A stretch of DNA of 64,000 nt from the NCBI GenBank assembly GCA_003021905.1, contig PXPI01000119.1:1043-65042 (forward strand). Reading direction: 5' to 3'. Below the pieces are notes generated by a model. It worked only from the letters and a program-made list of their open reading frames with translations. It searched no databases and was not told the DNA's origin. The position numbers were made by a program, and so were the translations under genes. Below are positions 35,052-45,348 of this stretch, in pieces; the first letter of the stretch is position 1; each line of letters begins with the position of its first letter. The stretch is from Cyanobacteria bacterium SW_9_44_58. GTDB lineage: Bacteria > Cyanobacteriota > Cyanobacteriia > Cyanobacteriales > Rubidibacteraceae.

Positions 35052-36383
35052 CTACCCTTTGAATTCTAAGAGAAAGTTCACTAATTCGGGAAACGCGATA
35101 ATCAAAACAAGAACGAGGATTTGAATAATAATAAAGGGAATAACGCCACGATAGATAGCTTGGGTTTTGACATGAGAGGGAACAACCCCGCGCAGATAAA
35201 ATAAGGCAAAGCCAAAGGGCGGCGTGAGAAAAGACGTTTGCAGGTTTGCCCCAATGAGAACGCCAAACCAGACTAAATCAATTTCTAAGGCTTTGGCAAC
35301 GGGAAGAAAAATGGGAATGACAATAAAGGCAATTTCAAAGAAGTCAATAAAAAAGCCCAGAATGAAAACCGTTAGCAAACTGATGGCTAAAAAGCCTAAT
35401 TCTTCACCGGGCAGATTGGAGAGAATATTAAACATTAAGCGATCGCCGTTTAATCCCCGAAAGACGAGGCTAAATGCCGTTGATCCCAATAAAATAAACA
35501 TTACCATGGTGGTAATGCGCAAGGTGGATTCACACACTTGTTTCAGGGCGGCCCAATTGAGTTTTCGGTTGGCGGCAGCGAGCGCGATCGCGCCCAAACA
35601 CCCCACTGCCCCTGCTTCTGTGGGAGTTGCAATGCCAAAGAAGATACTTCCCAAAACCAGCAGGATTAACAATAACGGCGGCAGCATTACCGCCAATACA
35701 TCTTTAATCAGGGCTTTTCTGCCGATATTGCGGACTTCTTGCGGCAAAGCCGGGGCAAATTCCGGTTTAACCAAGGAAACAATAACAACATGGAGGGCAA
35801 AGGCGCTTGCCATCAATAAACCGGGAATGAGGGAACCGATAAATAAATCTCCCACAGAGATGCCCAACTGATCCCCCAATACTACTAAGACGACGCTGGG
35901 AGGAACAATTTGTCCTAAGGTGCCTGAGGCGGCAATGACACCTGTAGCAAGCCCTTGATCATAACCATAGCGCAGCATCACAGGCAAGGAAATTAAGCCC
36001 ATGGCAACAACAGTGGCAGCAACGACCCCCGTAGAAGCAGCGAGTAATGTCCCAACAATTACCACTGCCAAAGCTAAACCGCCTCGCATGCGCCCAAACA
36101 AAATGCCCATGGTTTCCAGCAATTTTTCTGCAATTCCCGACTTTTCCAGCATGGATCCCAAAAAGATAAAGTAAGGAATTGCCAGTAGCGTAAAATTGGA
36201 CATGATGCCAAAGATACGCTGGGGCATGGCGGAGAGGAAAACAGGATCAAAGACATCAAAGGCAATGCCAATGAGGGCAAAAAATATGGCAACGCCTCCT
36301 AGGGAAAAGGCAACGGGATACCCCAGCAACAGAAACCCGAATGCCCCCGCAAACATTGCTAACCCTAGCCAATCGCTATTCAT
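35052..36383 (-). CDS. TRAP transporter large permease (DctM family)
   Basis: 443 aa, about 12 TM segments, typical DctM sequence (..LLAIPYFIFLGSMLEKSGIAEKL..). ATGA overlap with dctQ. Confidence 0.9.
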   Translation of the reverse strand: MNSDWLGLAMFAGAFGFLLLGYPVAFSLGGVAIFFALIGIAFDVFDPVFLSAMPQRIFGIMSNFTLLAIPYFIFLGSMLEKSGIAEKLLETMGILFGRMRGGLALAVVIVGTLLAASTGVVAATVVAMGLISLPVMLRYGYDQGLATGVIAASGTLGQIVPPSVVLVVLGDQLGISVGDLFIGSLIPGLLMASAFALHVVIVSLVKPEFAPALPQEVRNIGRKALIKDVLAVMLPPLLLILLVLGSIFFGIATPTEAGAVGCLGAIALAAANRKLNWAALKQVCESTLRITTMVMFILLGSTAFSLVFRGLNGDRLMFNILSNLPGEELGFLAISLLTVFILGFFIDFFEIAFIVIPIFLPVAKALEIDLVWFGVLIGANLQTSFLTPPFGFALFYLRGVVPSHVKTQAIYRGVIPFIIIQILVLVLIIAFPELVNFLLEFKG

Positions 36384-36922
36384 TCCGGTTCCTCCGAGGG
36401 TGTGGAAAGGTTCATAATAATAGCTAAATTTTCAATTGTATTGGCAATGCCTTGGAAAAAGAGTAATACAAAACTGACGATAATCATGGATTTAATGGGA
36501 TAACGGGGGAATCCGCCGGGATCCGGCGACATTTCCAAAATTTGCCAGGAGTTAACCACGCTTCCCCAAGAAAAGTAAACGACCATGAGGCAAAAGGGAA
36601 TTAAAAATAAAACCGTTCCGATTAAATTCGCGATCGCGCGCCCTTTTTCTCCAAAACTTTTATAAATAATATCGACTCGAACATGATCATCTTTTTGCAA
36701 GGCATAGGAAGCACCGAGCAGAAACACTAAATCAAATAAATACCATTGAATTTCAATCAACGCATTGGAGGTGAGAGATTGACCGAGCCATTGTCCGAAA
36801 TAGCGGCCAATGACATTCCATACTCCCACAGCAACCATGAATAAAACAAGCCAATAGGCTAACTGTCCGATCCAACGATTAAGGGTGTGGATAATTTGGG
36901 AAATTTGAAGTAATTTCTGCAC
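36380..36922 (-). CDS. TRAP transporter small permease (DctQ family)
   Basis: 180 aa with 4 TM segments, directly coupled upstream of the DctM gene. GTG start. Confidence 0.8.
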   Translation of the reverse strand: MQKLLQISQIIHTLNRWIGQLAYWLVLFMVAVGVWNVIGRYFGQWLGQSLTSNALIEIQWYLFDLVFLLGASYALQKDDHVRVDIIYKSFGEKGRAIANLIGTVLFLIPFCLMVVYFSWGSVVNSWQILEMSPDPGGFPRYPIKSMIIVSFVLLFFQGIANTIENLAIIMNLSTPSEEPE

Positions 36923-37048
36923 TATCTATTTTGTTCAAGCAACGGCGCGATCGCTATCCTACTATAAAATATTGATTATTTTAACCGACATCGGAATACA
37001 CGTTGTTCGAGTTCGGGACAACTTGAGCGTTGATGGGATAATTAAACC

Positions 37049-38152
37049 TTATCTTGTTTCTTGACAAGATTGAATAACCTCACTGACGATTTCCGGGGAG
37101 ACTTGATCGGTAACAGTCGCTTGTCCGATTTTTTCCGGTAAAATAAAACGAACTTTGCCAGCTTTTACTTTTTTGTCACTTTTTAAAGCTTCTAAAATAT
37201 CCTCAATTGTTAACATATGGGGAACCGTTCTCGGGAGTCCCGCTTTCGCGATCAATTGTTCTTGCCGCCGGCTTTCCTGTTCCGACCAAAATCCCATCTT
37301 AACAGCAATTTTTCCAGCAACAGACATCCCGATTCCCACAGCTTCTCCATGATTCACTAAGCGATATCCGGTTAAACTTTCAATGGCATGGCCGACGGTA
37401 TGACCATAATTTAAAATGGCACGCAGTCCCCCTTCTTTTTCATCTTGACTAACAACATCTGCTTTGGCCTGGCAAGAATGAGTGAGGATTGTTTGCAGCA
37501 ATTCCGGGCTGAGATAATCGAGATGATCTAACTGTTGTGTTGCTTCTAACTGTTCAAACAGGTCTGCATCCCAAATAACACCATATTTAATGACTTCTGC
37601 CATTCCAGCGCAAAATTCTCGATGAGGCAGAGTTTTTAAAACTTGCGGATCAATTAATACGAATTTCGGTTGATGAAAGGCGCCAATTAAGTTTTTTCCA
37701 TGGGGATGATTGACCCCGGTTTTGCCCCCAATCGCTGCATCAACCATGGCTAATAGGGAAGTAGGAACTTGCACGACATTAATGCCCCGCAGCCAAGTGG
37801 CAGCGGCAAATCCGGCCATGTCGCCGATAACACCGCCGCCTAAGGCAACTAACGTGGCAGAACGTTCTAAATAGTTGTCAAATGCTTTGTCATAAATTTT
37901 TTGAACAGAAAGTAGGGTTTTATGACGTTCTCCTTCAGGAATAATTTGATAAGAAACCGAAAAATTAGCAGCTTCTAATGAGGCGAGTACTGTTTCGCCA
38001 TATTGATCAAAAATCATGGTATTGGAAACGACTAAAATTTGCTTGCCAATGTCCAGTTTCTTTAAGTATTCTCCAATTTGATTGAGACTCCCTGGCGCGA
38101 TCGCGACTTGATAAGAGTTTGGGGAACAGTTAACGTTGACATTTGATAACAT
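37049..38152 (-). CDS. aroB: 3-dehydroquinate synthase
   Basis: ..[61 protein letters not shown].. ..[11 protein letters not shown].. Confidence 0.95.
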   Translation of the reverse strand: MLSNVNVNCSPNSYQVAIAPGSLNQIGEYLKKLDIGKQILVVSNTMIFDQYGETVLASLEAANFSVSYQIIPEGERHKTLLSVQKIYDKAFDNYLERSATLVALGGGVIGDMAGFAAATWLRGINVVQVPTSLLAMVDAAIGGKTGVNHPHGKNLIGAFHQPKFVLIDPQVLKTLPHREFCAGMAEVIKYGVIWDADLFEQLEATQQLDHLDYLSPELLQTILTHSCQAKADVVSQDEKEGGLRAILNYGHTVGHAIESLTGYRLVNHGEAVGIGMSVAGKIAVKMGFWSEQESRRQEQLIAKAGLPRTVPHMLTIEDILEALKSDKKVKAGKVRFILPEKIGQATVTDQVSPEIVSEVIQSCQETR

Positions 38153-38169
38153 TTTTTGAATTTATTTTA

Positions 38170-38913
38170 CTAAAAAAGAAAACTGAAAACCTGTCGCTGC
38201 TTCCAAATTAACATCATGCCGCTAAAGAGAACAAACGCGATCGCGATTTGACGAAATTGTTGTTCTTGCATTCTCTCTAAAATTTTCCGACCTAACCAAT
38301 TGCCCGGAAAAGCTCCCAAACCGATAATGACGCCATAGCCAAGAATTGGTAACGATAGCACGCCCAAGGCACTGTAGGCGATAATTTTAACAAAATGCAC
38401 CACTAAAACATGACTTGATTTTGTGCCAATGACTTTCTCTTTTGCTAAACCATAATTCAAATAAAATGGATTCAGCAGCGTTCCTGTGCTTCCCATTAAA
38501 CCGGAAAGGAAGGCATAAATCAATCCTGCCGGTAAAAAATACCAGGCTTTTACTTGAAACCCATTAAAATTTTCTGCTAAACGATACATTAAAATAGAAG
38601 TAATTAAAAAAAATCCTAATAATAAAGTTAGCCATTTTAATTGTAATTGCGTAAATAAAACAACCCCCGCGATCGCGCCTAAAATTGCCCCAGGAAGATA
38701 CCAACGGGTTAATTCCCAATCAATGCCTTGCCAATATAAAGCGACTCGCTGCCCGTTCCCAAACAGCATGCCAATAGTAATAATTGGCGGAATTCGCGTT
38801 GCTTCCAGAAATAAACTCAGAACAGGAATAATAATTAATGGGCTTCCACCCCCGGCTAAACTGCTAAAAAACCAGCCGATAAAACTTGCCCCTATTAACC
38901 AAATCATTGTCAC
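38170..38913 (-). CDS. TauE/SafE (DUF81) family sulfite/anion exporter-like membrane protein
   Basis: 247 aa, about 8 TM segments: ..SLAGGGSPLIIIPVL.. and a repeated half-structure typical of TauE/SafE. Confidence 0.75.
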   Translation of the reverse strand: MTMIWLIGASFIGWFFSSLAGGGSPLIIIPVLSLFLEATRIPPIITIGMLFGNGQRVALYWQGIDWELTRWYLPGAILGAIAGVVLFTQLQLKWLTLLLGFFLITSILMYRLAENFNGFQVKAWYFLPAGLIYAFLSGLMGSTGTLLNPFYLNYGLAKEKVIGTKSSHVLVVHFVKIIAYSALGVLSLPILGYGVIIGLGAFPGNWLGRKILERMQEQQFRQIAIAFVLFSGMMLIWKQRQVFSFLF

Positions 38914-39204
38914 GGCAGTATCCTCAGTTCTCTCTGCTTAATTGTAAATAAATATTAAGGATTTTGTGAGTCATAGAGGCAACGTTTGCTTGAAATCTCC
39001 TCACTTGACTTCCTTAGTCATTATGTTTCAGCGCTTTACTAACAAAATTTCCATAAATTCCCCTAAACAGCTTACGATAAAAACTAATTAAGATAAATCA
39101 TCCAAGCAACTGAAATCAAGGTATTTCTGATTCACCCGAATTAGGAAATTAACTGTCAATTGCCATGACTTAAAATAGATTGGCCTCGCAATTCTCTTTA
39201 AGGT

Positions 39205-40131
39205 ATGGTCGGTATTTTAGTCATGCTGTTGGCGGCGGGCTTTTTATCAATCCTAAATTTGATGGTCCGCGTCTTTTTTCAAGGGTATGCCGGCATTGGC
39301 GGCTTTTTTCCCCCTGATTTTGAGCATACTGTTCTATTTTTGCAGACGAGAACGCTGTTTATGGTCATTTTCCTGAGTTTACTGGCTTGGCGGATTTATC
39401 CCAAAGCCTTTACCGAAATTGCCAACAGCGGCACGCGCTTAAAATCTCCCTTTATCAGCGGCAGCATTTATTTTATAACTGTCATTTTGCTTTATCTTGC
39501 CCTTGGCAATATTCCGGCAGGGATTGCCATTACCTTATTTTTTGTTCATCCCGCGATCGCGACGCTGTTAGGATGGCGATATAAGCGCGATCGTCCGACA
39601 CTTTTTCGTTGGCTGATTATTATCGGAGTTATTATCGGCTTAGTTCTCGTTGCCCCGAATCTGCAGGGAAATTTTTCCTCCCAGTTCCTATTTGGGGCTT
39701 TATGTGCGTTAGGGGCAGGAATCGGCTTTGCGGTATATGCCATCACGGCACAAACGGCACTCATTAAGTTTCATCCCATATCTTTTTCCTTAATTACCTT
39801 TACCCTCCTGTTTTTGCTTTCTAGTGCCGCTGTTTTACTCTTAAATATGGAAGTCCCGCAACCAGTCTGGCTTTCTCTCCTTCTCTGGAGTATGGCATCG
39901 GGATTGATTACTGTGGGCGGCTTAGTCTTTACCAACTTAGGAATTCGCTTAGTCGGCGCTGCCACAGCTACGTTAGTGGGATCCATTGAACCCGCATTAA
40001 CCGCATTTTTAGCTTGGCTAATGCTGCAAGAAACCTTAGATCCCAGACAAATGGTTGGGATTGCCATTGTTACCCTCAGTATTGCCGGTTTAGGATTGGA
40101 AAAGAAACAATCAACTCTCCACGGGAACTGA
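39205..40131 (+). CDS. DMT-superfamily (EamA-like) transporter
   Basis: 308 aa, 10 TM segments arranged as two EamA-like halves. Confidence 0.7.
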   Translation: MVGILVMLLAAGFLSILNLMVRVFFQGYAGIGGFFPPDFEHTVLFLQTRTLFMVIFLSLLAWRIYPKAFTEIANSGTRLKSPFISGSIYFITVILLYLALGNIPAGIAITLFFVHPAIATLLGWRYKRDRPTLFRWLIIIGVIIGLVLVAPNLQGNFSSQFLFGALCALGAGIGFAVYAITAQTALIKFHPISFSLITFTLLFLLSSAAVLLLNMEVPQPVWLSLLLWSMASGLITVGGLVFTNLGIRLVGAATATLVGSIEPALTAFLAWLMLQETLDPRQMVGIAIVTLSIAGLGLEKKQSTLHGN

Positions 40132-41016
40132 TTGCAGAATGCGATTGATAATCATGTGTTCTTTGCGTCCGCCTGAAGCAATTAACCGATGAGAGAGAAC
40201 GTAGGGGGCAAGAAACTTCACATCGTCGGGAATCGCATAATCTCGTCCTTCCAGAAACGCTAAAGCTTGGGTGGTCCGTTGCAAGGTAATGCTGCCTCGG
40301 GGACTGATTCCCAAAGTTACTTCTTCATCTTCTCGCGAGGCACGAACCAAATTGAGAATATATTGCTGCAGCGGGGTTGCCACGTTTACTACCGAAACTT
40401 GACGCTGTAATTCTAAAACATCCTTGGGAGAAAGGGAAGGTTGCAACTGTTCGAGACTGCTGCCTTGACGCTGCAGCATTTGCAGTTCTTCTTCAGCGGT
40501 GGGATAGCCTAAACTGAGAGAAAGAGCAAAGCGATCCATTTGCGCTTCCGGAAGCGGGAAAGTGCCTTGGTATTCAATGGGATTTTGGGTGGCAATGACA
40601 AAAAACGGTTCATCCACTTTGCGCGTTTCCCCATCAACAGTCACTTGTTGTTCTTCCATGACTTCCAGCAATGCGGATTGGGTACGCGGTGTTGCCCGGT
40701 TGATTTCATCAGCCAGGAAGATATTGGAAAAAATGGGACCCGGCACAAATTCAAAAATTTGATCGCGCTGGTTCCAAACATTAGTGCCAGTGACATCCGA
40801 GGGCAACAGATTTGGGGTGCATTGAATGCGCTGAAATTTCCCATTAATGGAACGGGCAAGGGATTTGGCCAGGAGGGTTTTTCCCACACCGGGCACATTT
40901 TCTAGGAGAACATGACCGCCACTGAGAAGGGCAACAATCACTAAGCGAACGGAGGTATCGTTTCCGACGAAAATCTGGGCAATGTTGTCGGTTAGTTGTT
41001 GAATATAATCTCTCAT
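40111..41016 (-). CDS. MoxR-family AAA+ ATPase
   Basis: Walker A LLENVPGVGKTLLAKSLA, Walker B IFLADEINRATPRTQSALLEVMEE, ..VIATQNPIEYQGTFPLPEAQMDRF.. Confidence 0.9.
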   Translation of the reverse strand: MRDYIQQLTDNIAQIFVGNDTSVRLVIVALLSGGHVLLENVPGVGKTLLAKSLARSINGKFQRIQCTPNLLPSDVTGTNVWNQRDQIFEFVPGPIFSNIFLADEINRATPRTQSALLEVMEEQQVTVDGETRKVDEPFFVIATQNPIEYQGTFPLPEAQMDRFALSLSLGYPTAEEELQMLQRQGSSLEQLQPSLSPKDVLELQRQVSVVNVATPLQQYILNLVRASREDEEVTLGISPRGSITLQRTTQALAFLEGRDYAIPDDVKFLAPYVLSHRLIASGGRKEHMIINRILQSVPVES

Positions 41017-41951
41017 GAATTAATCGGCTCGGAGGACGGACAAGGGAGAATTTGGCGTGCAAGTTCGCAATCGGAAGCAATTTGCGCTTTTAGGGCATTT
41101 AAAGAGGAGAATTTCTCTTCTGGGCGCAGAAATTGCTTTAATTGTACCGTTAGGTTGTGCTGATACAATTCTCCTGTCCAGTCTAAAAGATGAATTTCGA
41201 TAGTGGGATGTTGTCCGTTGACCGTCGGGCGCATTCCAATATTCATGACTGCCGGGTGAGGCGCAATTAACGGACGAGTGGTGCTGGTCGCTTGGACTGC
41301 ATAAACACCGTAACAAGGAACCAGTTTATTCCGAGGCAGGGCAAGATTGGCGGTGGAAAACCCAATGGTGCGTCCCCGTTGTTCGCCAGTGACCACTGTT
41401 CCTCTCAGGGTGTAAGGCCGTCCCAGGAGTTCGTTGGCTAGTTCAATATTGCCGTTGTTAATGGCATGGCGAATGCTGGAACTGCTGATGCGTTGTTCGC
41501 CGCTGGTTTGCAAACTGGCAATATTGACTGGAATTCCCAATTGCGACGCGATCGCGCTTAGGGTTTCTGCGGTTCCCCGCCGTTGATAGCCAAAGCGAAA
41601 GTCTTCCCCAACACTAATATAGTAAGGCTTCAGTTGCTTCATTAGCAGGTTTTTCACAAACGCTTCGGGAGAGAGAGAGGCCAATTCTCGATTAAATGGC
41701 AGTAGAACCAACTGCTGGATCCCTAAGGCTTTGAGATGGCTGATTTTTTCTTCCAGCGGTGTTAGCAGGGGACAATTTTCTCCGGTAAAATACTCGCGCG
41801 GGTGAGGATGAAAGGTAACCACTGTGGAACGAACGGATTGCTGCAATACTGGTTGAATTACATTCTGGTGTCCTCGGTGAACACCATCAAAATTGCCCAG
41901 CGCGATCGCGGTTGGCGTTAAAGTTCGTTCTGGCGTTGAGGTTATCCACAC
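41013..41951 (-). CDS. ribF: Bifunctional riboflavin kinase / FAD synthetase
   Basis: ..AIALGNFDGVHRGHQNVI.. (FMN adenylyltransferase) and ..GVVVTGEQRGRTIGFSTANL...GVYAV.. (riboflavin kinase). GTG start. 4-nt overlap with moxR. Confidence 0.9.
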   Translation of the reverse strand: MWITSTPERTLTPTAIALGNFDGVHRGHQNVIQPVLQQSVRSTVVTFHPHPREYFTGENCPLLTPLEEKISHLKALGIQQLVLLPFNRELASLSPEAFVKNLLMKQLKPYYISVGEDFRFGYQRRGTAETLSAIASQLGIPVNIASLQTSGEQRISSSSIRHAINNGNIELANELLGRPYTLRGTVVTGEQRGRTIGFSTANLALPRNKLVPCYGVYAVQATSTTRPLIAPHPAVMNIGMRPTVNGQHPTIEIHLLDWTGELYQHNLTVQLKQFLRPEEKFSSLNALKAQIASDCELARQILPCPSSEPINS

Positions 41952-42009
41952 AGGGGTTCCTACTCTGTCCGTTTCAAATGTTAATCTTATCGGAAATCCG
42001 CAAATTTGG

Positions 42010-43941
42010 CTAGGGGGTTGTCTCCTCAGACTTAGGAATTAGAATCGGGGAAGCGTCTCCGGTTCGATAAGAAGAAACCGATTGTTGCCAACGCCAAATT
42101 CTAAGGGTTTCGTCGTCGCCGCCGCTGGCAAGAAACGTCCCATCGGGGCTAAAGGCAACTGTGTTCACTGGACCGTGATAGCGACTCCAACAACACTTCA
42201 CTGGCTTGTCTTTCAAAATTTCAACCACTTTCACCGTTTTATCACTGCTGGCAGTGGCGAGGTATTTGCCATCGGGACTAAATTGTACCGCATTGATAGC
42301 CCATTGATGTTCCCGGAGAGTTTGCTGAAGCGTTTGCGTGCTTAATTCCCAAATTTTCAAGCTGCAATCCCAATCGCCGCTGCCGCTGGCTAAATACTTG
42401 CCATCGGGACTAAAGGCAAGACTTGTCACAGCATCAGTATGGCCTTTTAAAGAAAATAACGGTTTGAAGCCATAGACTTCCCACAGTTGAACAGTACTAT
42501 CGTCGCTGGCCACTGCAAAATATTCCCCATCGGGCGTAATGGCAAGGGCATTAATGGTTCCCGATTCTAAGCTTAACCGATCTAAAACTCGTCCGGTTTG
42601 CAAGTTCCACAGCAAGATTTCCCCGCCCACGCTGCCGCTGAGAAGAATATCTTCACAAGGACTTAATTGCAGGGTACTAATTTCAAAGCGATGACCTTTC
42701 AGGGTTTGTTGCAAGTGCCGGCTTTTGATATTCCAAACTTTAACGGTTTTATCGCGACTGCCGCTGATCAAACGTTCCCCATCTCGGCTAAAGACAACTT
42801 TGACAATCGGGGCAGCATGTCGCATTAATTTTCTATGATATTGCCAGTCTCCCACTTGCCACAAGCGGACACAATTATCTTTCCCAATGAACTTTCCCCA
42901 ATCAGCCCCTCCCCCACTAGCCAGTAGGTCTCCATTGGGACTAACATCAAGACTATAAATTGCCCCTTTTCCGCTATAAACTTTCATCACCAGCGACGTT
43001 TGGTTGGCATCAGGCGACTGCGGAGAAGGAGATGCCGGAAGGGAAGATAAGACCCCTAAGGCTGATAACACGGCTTCGGCTGAGGTGTAGCGTTCTTGGA
43101 GATCAAAAGCGGTCATCCCATCGAGAATGGCGGCTAGGGAATCGCTTACTGGCAAGTCTTGGCAGTAATAGTCTCGCCACTGCAATTGATTGTCTAGGGG
43201 GTTGTACAGTTCAAAGGGAGAAACCTCGGTGAGTAAATGAAGACAAGTTACCCCTAAGCTATAAAGATCGCTGGCAAAGGTCGCTTTCCCATAAACTTGT
43301 TCCGGCGCTGCGTAGCCAGGGGAACCAATAATCGTTCCGGTTTTTCCCAATTCACTGAGAGAGGCTAATTTGGCCGCCCCAAAGTCAACTAAGACAAATT
43401 CAGGGTCACTATTGCGACAGATAATATTGTGGGGTTTAATATCCCGATGAATGACGCGGCGATCGTGGATATATTGCAGAACCGGCAATAAGCTGCTGAG
43501 CAGCTTTCTAAGGTCGCGTTCCGAAAATGCCCCGCGCCGGGACAGTTCCCTTGCCAGATTTTCCCCATCAATCCATTCTTGGATAATATAGTGATAGCTT
43601 TCTTGTTCAATGTGGTCGTATAACTGCGGAATTTGGGGATGGTCCCCTAATTGCTTGAGGCGTTTGGCTTCGGAATGGAACAGTTGAATTGCCTTGCGGG
43701 AGTTGAGAAGAATTCCCTCTTCCCTTTGCGGAAAAAATTGTTTGATGACACAGGGACGTTGCTGGTAAAGATCTTTTCCCAGAAACGTGCGTCCAAACCG
43801 ACCGCTAGCAATTAAGCTTCGGGCTTGGTACTGTTGCTTAATGGTTAGGTCAAAGCCGCAGTTATGACACCGCTGGTGATCGGCAGCTGTTTCCGGGTAA
43901 AGACAGTAAGGGTTGAAACAATAAGCGATGTCTTGATCCAT
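42010..43941 (-). CDS. Ser/Thr protein kinase with N-terminal zinc-ribbon-like Cys pairs and C-terminal WD40 repeats
   Basis: CFNPYC...CHNCGF; kinase subdomains ..VIKQF.., HRDIKPHNII, DFGAAK, GSPGYAAPE; then about seven WD repeats (..SGSRDKTVKVWN.., ..SDDSTVQLWE.., ..GGDDETLRIWR..). Confidence 0.9.
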   Translation of the reverse strand: MDQDIAYCFNPYCLYPETAADHQRCHNCGFDLTIKQQYQARSLIASGRFGRTFLGKDLYQQRPCVIKQFFPQREEGILLNSRKAIQLFHSEAKRLKQLGDHPQIPQLYDHIEQESYHYIIQEWIDGENLARELSRRGAFSERDLRKLLSSLLPVLQYIHDRRVIHRDIKPHNIICRNSDPEFVLVDFGAAKLASLSELGKTGTIIGSPGYAAPEQVYGKATFASDLYSLGVTCLHLLTEVSPFELYNPLDNQLQWRDYYCQDLPVSDSLAAILDGMTAFDLQERYTSAEAVLSALGVLSSLPASPSPQSPDANQTSLVMKVYSGKGAIYSLDVSPNGDLLASGGGADWGKFIGKDNCVRLWQVGDWQYHRKLMRHAAPIVKVVFSRDGERLISGSRDKTVKVWNIKSRHLQQTLKGHRFEISTLQLSPCEDILLSGSVGGEILLWNLQTGRVLDRLSLESGTINALAITPDGEYFAVASDDSTVQLWEVYGFKPLFSLKGHTDAVTSLAFSPDGKYLASGSGDWDCSLKIWELSTQTLQQTLREHQWAINAVQFSPDGKYLATASSDKTVKVVEILKDKPVKCCWSRYHGPVNTVAFSPDGTFLASGGDDETLRIWRWQQSVSSYRTGDASPILIPKSEETTP

Positions 43942-43967
43942 TCCAAACTCTGGGAAAATGAGAGGAC

Positions 43968-44414
43968 TTAATTCGGTTTTCCTTGGTTGCGAATTATCTC
44001 CAATGGTAAGCCATCTGCATCGGCAATAAAGGCAACTTCATAAACAGTTTCCCCAATCATCTGTTGGGTGGGTTCTAGCAACACCTTTAAAGGAGAAACT
44101 TGGTCTGGGTTGTCTTGGGAGGCTTGTTGAAAGCGCGATCGCGCCTGATTTAACCATTGGGGCAGACTCTCGGCATCGTCGGTAACATCGAAGGAAAGAT
44201 GATAATACCCTACATAATGTTCATCGTGAAAGGCATCTGGGGCAGGTTTCGGTTGCGGAATCTGAATCAGTTCCAGGCGCGAGTTCCATCCTTCTAACCA
44301 ACAGGCAAGGGTGTAACCGGTGGTAAAGCGTTCTTGGACGGTAAAGCCAAATAATTCGTAAAACGCGATCGCGCGGTGAATATCTCCGGTGCGAATAGAA
44401 ACGTGATGCATCAT
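43968..44414 (-). CDS. VOC (glyoxalase/bleomycin-resistance/dioxygenase) family protein
   Basis: MMHHVSIRTGDIHRAIAFYELFGF.. ..YYHLSFDV.. The paired beta-alpha-beta-beta-beta module pattern of VOC proteins. Confidence 0.75.
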   Translation of the reverse strand: MMHHVSIRTGDIHRAIAFYELFGFTVQERFTTGYTLACWLEGWNSRLELIQIPQPKPAPDAFHDEHYVGYYHLSFDVTDDAESLPQWLNQARSRFQQASQDNPDQVSPLKVLLEPTQQMIGETVYEVAFIADADGLPLEIIRNQGKPN

Positions 44415-44917
44415 TCAAATAAGCGGAAGTAGGGATAACGAACGGGAACGCCGGGTTCTTTTTCTAAATCAAAGTTAATCACGCCCCAACGGGGATCTTC
44501 TTCCTCATCGGGACTAAAGCTAATGGGTAAGCCATACAAGCGCAATTCCTCTTCTTGATTGTCTCCCCAGCGCGATCGATGTTTTTCCAGGTAAGAACTG
44601 ACTAAATCCCGATAGCGGTTGGCAATAATTACCCGCGTTGCCCGATAGCCTTGGGTATAAAGCCGGTCCAGTGCTTCATGAATTTCAAAGCGTATGCCAT
44701 CGGGATGGATATGTTGTCGATACCATTGACCCTCCCACATACGCCAACAACGTCCCGATTGTAAATGAACTAACTCTTCTGTTTTGGGATCGGCTTCAAA
44801 AGCCCCATGACGCGAACAAAGATACGTATCCGTCAACGTAAGCGCCGAAATTGTTTGACGACAATGAGGACATTTAATTTCCGCCCCAAAAATGGGATAT
44901 TGCAAAGCTGGATCCAT
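44411..44917 (-). CDS. Conserved cyanobacterial hypothetical protein with CxxC zinc-ribbon-like motif (TIGR02652-like, from memory)
   Basis: ATG at 44917 gives MDPALQYPIFGAEIKCPHCRQTISALTLTDTYLCSRHGAFEADP.. The track ORF extends to 45007 with an implausible N-terminus. The stop overlaps the VOC gene start by 4 nt. Confidence 0.6.
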   Translation of the reverse strand: MDPALQYPIFGAEIKCPHCRQTISALTLTDTYLCSRHGAFEADPKTEELVHLQSGRCWRMWEGQWYRQHIHPDGIRFEIHEALDRLYTQGYRATRVIIANRYRDLVSSYLEKHRSRWGDNQEEELRLYGLPISFSPDEEEDPRWGVINFDLEKEPGVPVRYPYFRLFE

Positions 44918-45348
44918 ACTTTCAGTTGCGTTTGGTTTACGCCCAGAGTCAGCGATTCCATTATATCGGACGGGAAAATAAACAAGCAGTCTAAGTGGAA
45001 TCCTCATTGCCTTGCATCTTTAAAGTGCAATAGTTGTCAATCCAATTGTTTAACTAACCGTCGTCAGAAGTCTCCCGACATAATCTCTGATTTGACGGGA
45101 GTAGTTCACATCGTTACCGGTGAATCCACATAAACTGTCGGTTCTGCACAGGTAAACTCAATGCCGTATCCCACTAATAATTTTTCCGTAATTGTAGAGA
45201 AATAAGTACAAAAATCAATGTCAGCAATCGATGATCAATTATCCCTTGTCCCTGTCTTCATTGTCTATTCTTAATTTGCCATCAGAGAAAACAGGCTTAG
45301 CGCCATTCTCTAGGGCGCTTGTTACTTTAAAGAAAAAAAGGATAAAGT

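Noticed and set aside
35224-35871. 215-aa plus-strand ORF.
   Set aside because: It is antisense to the strongly supported TRAP DctM gene. Its Lys/Arg/Pro/Ser-rich low-complexity translation is typical of the reverse frame of a hydrophobic membrane protein.
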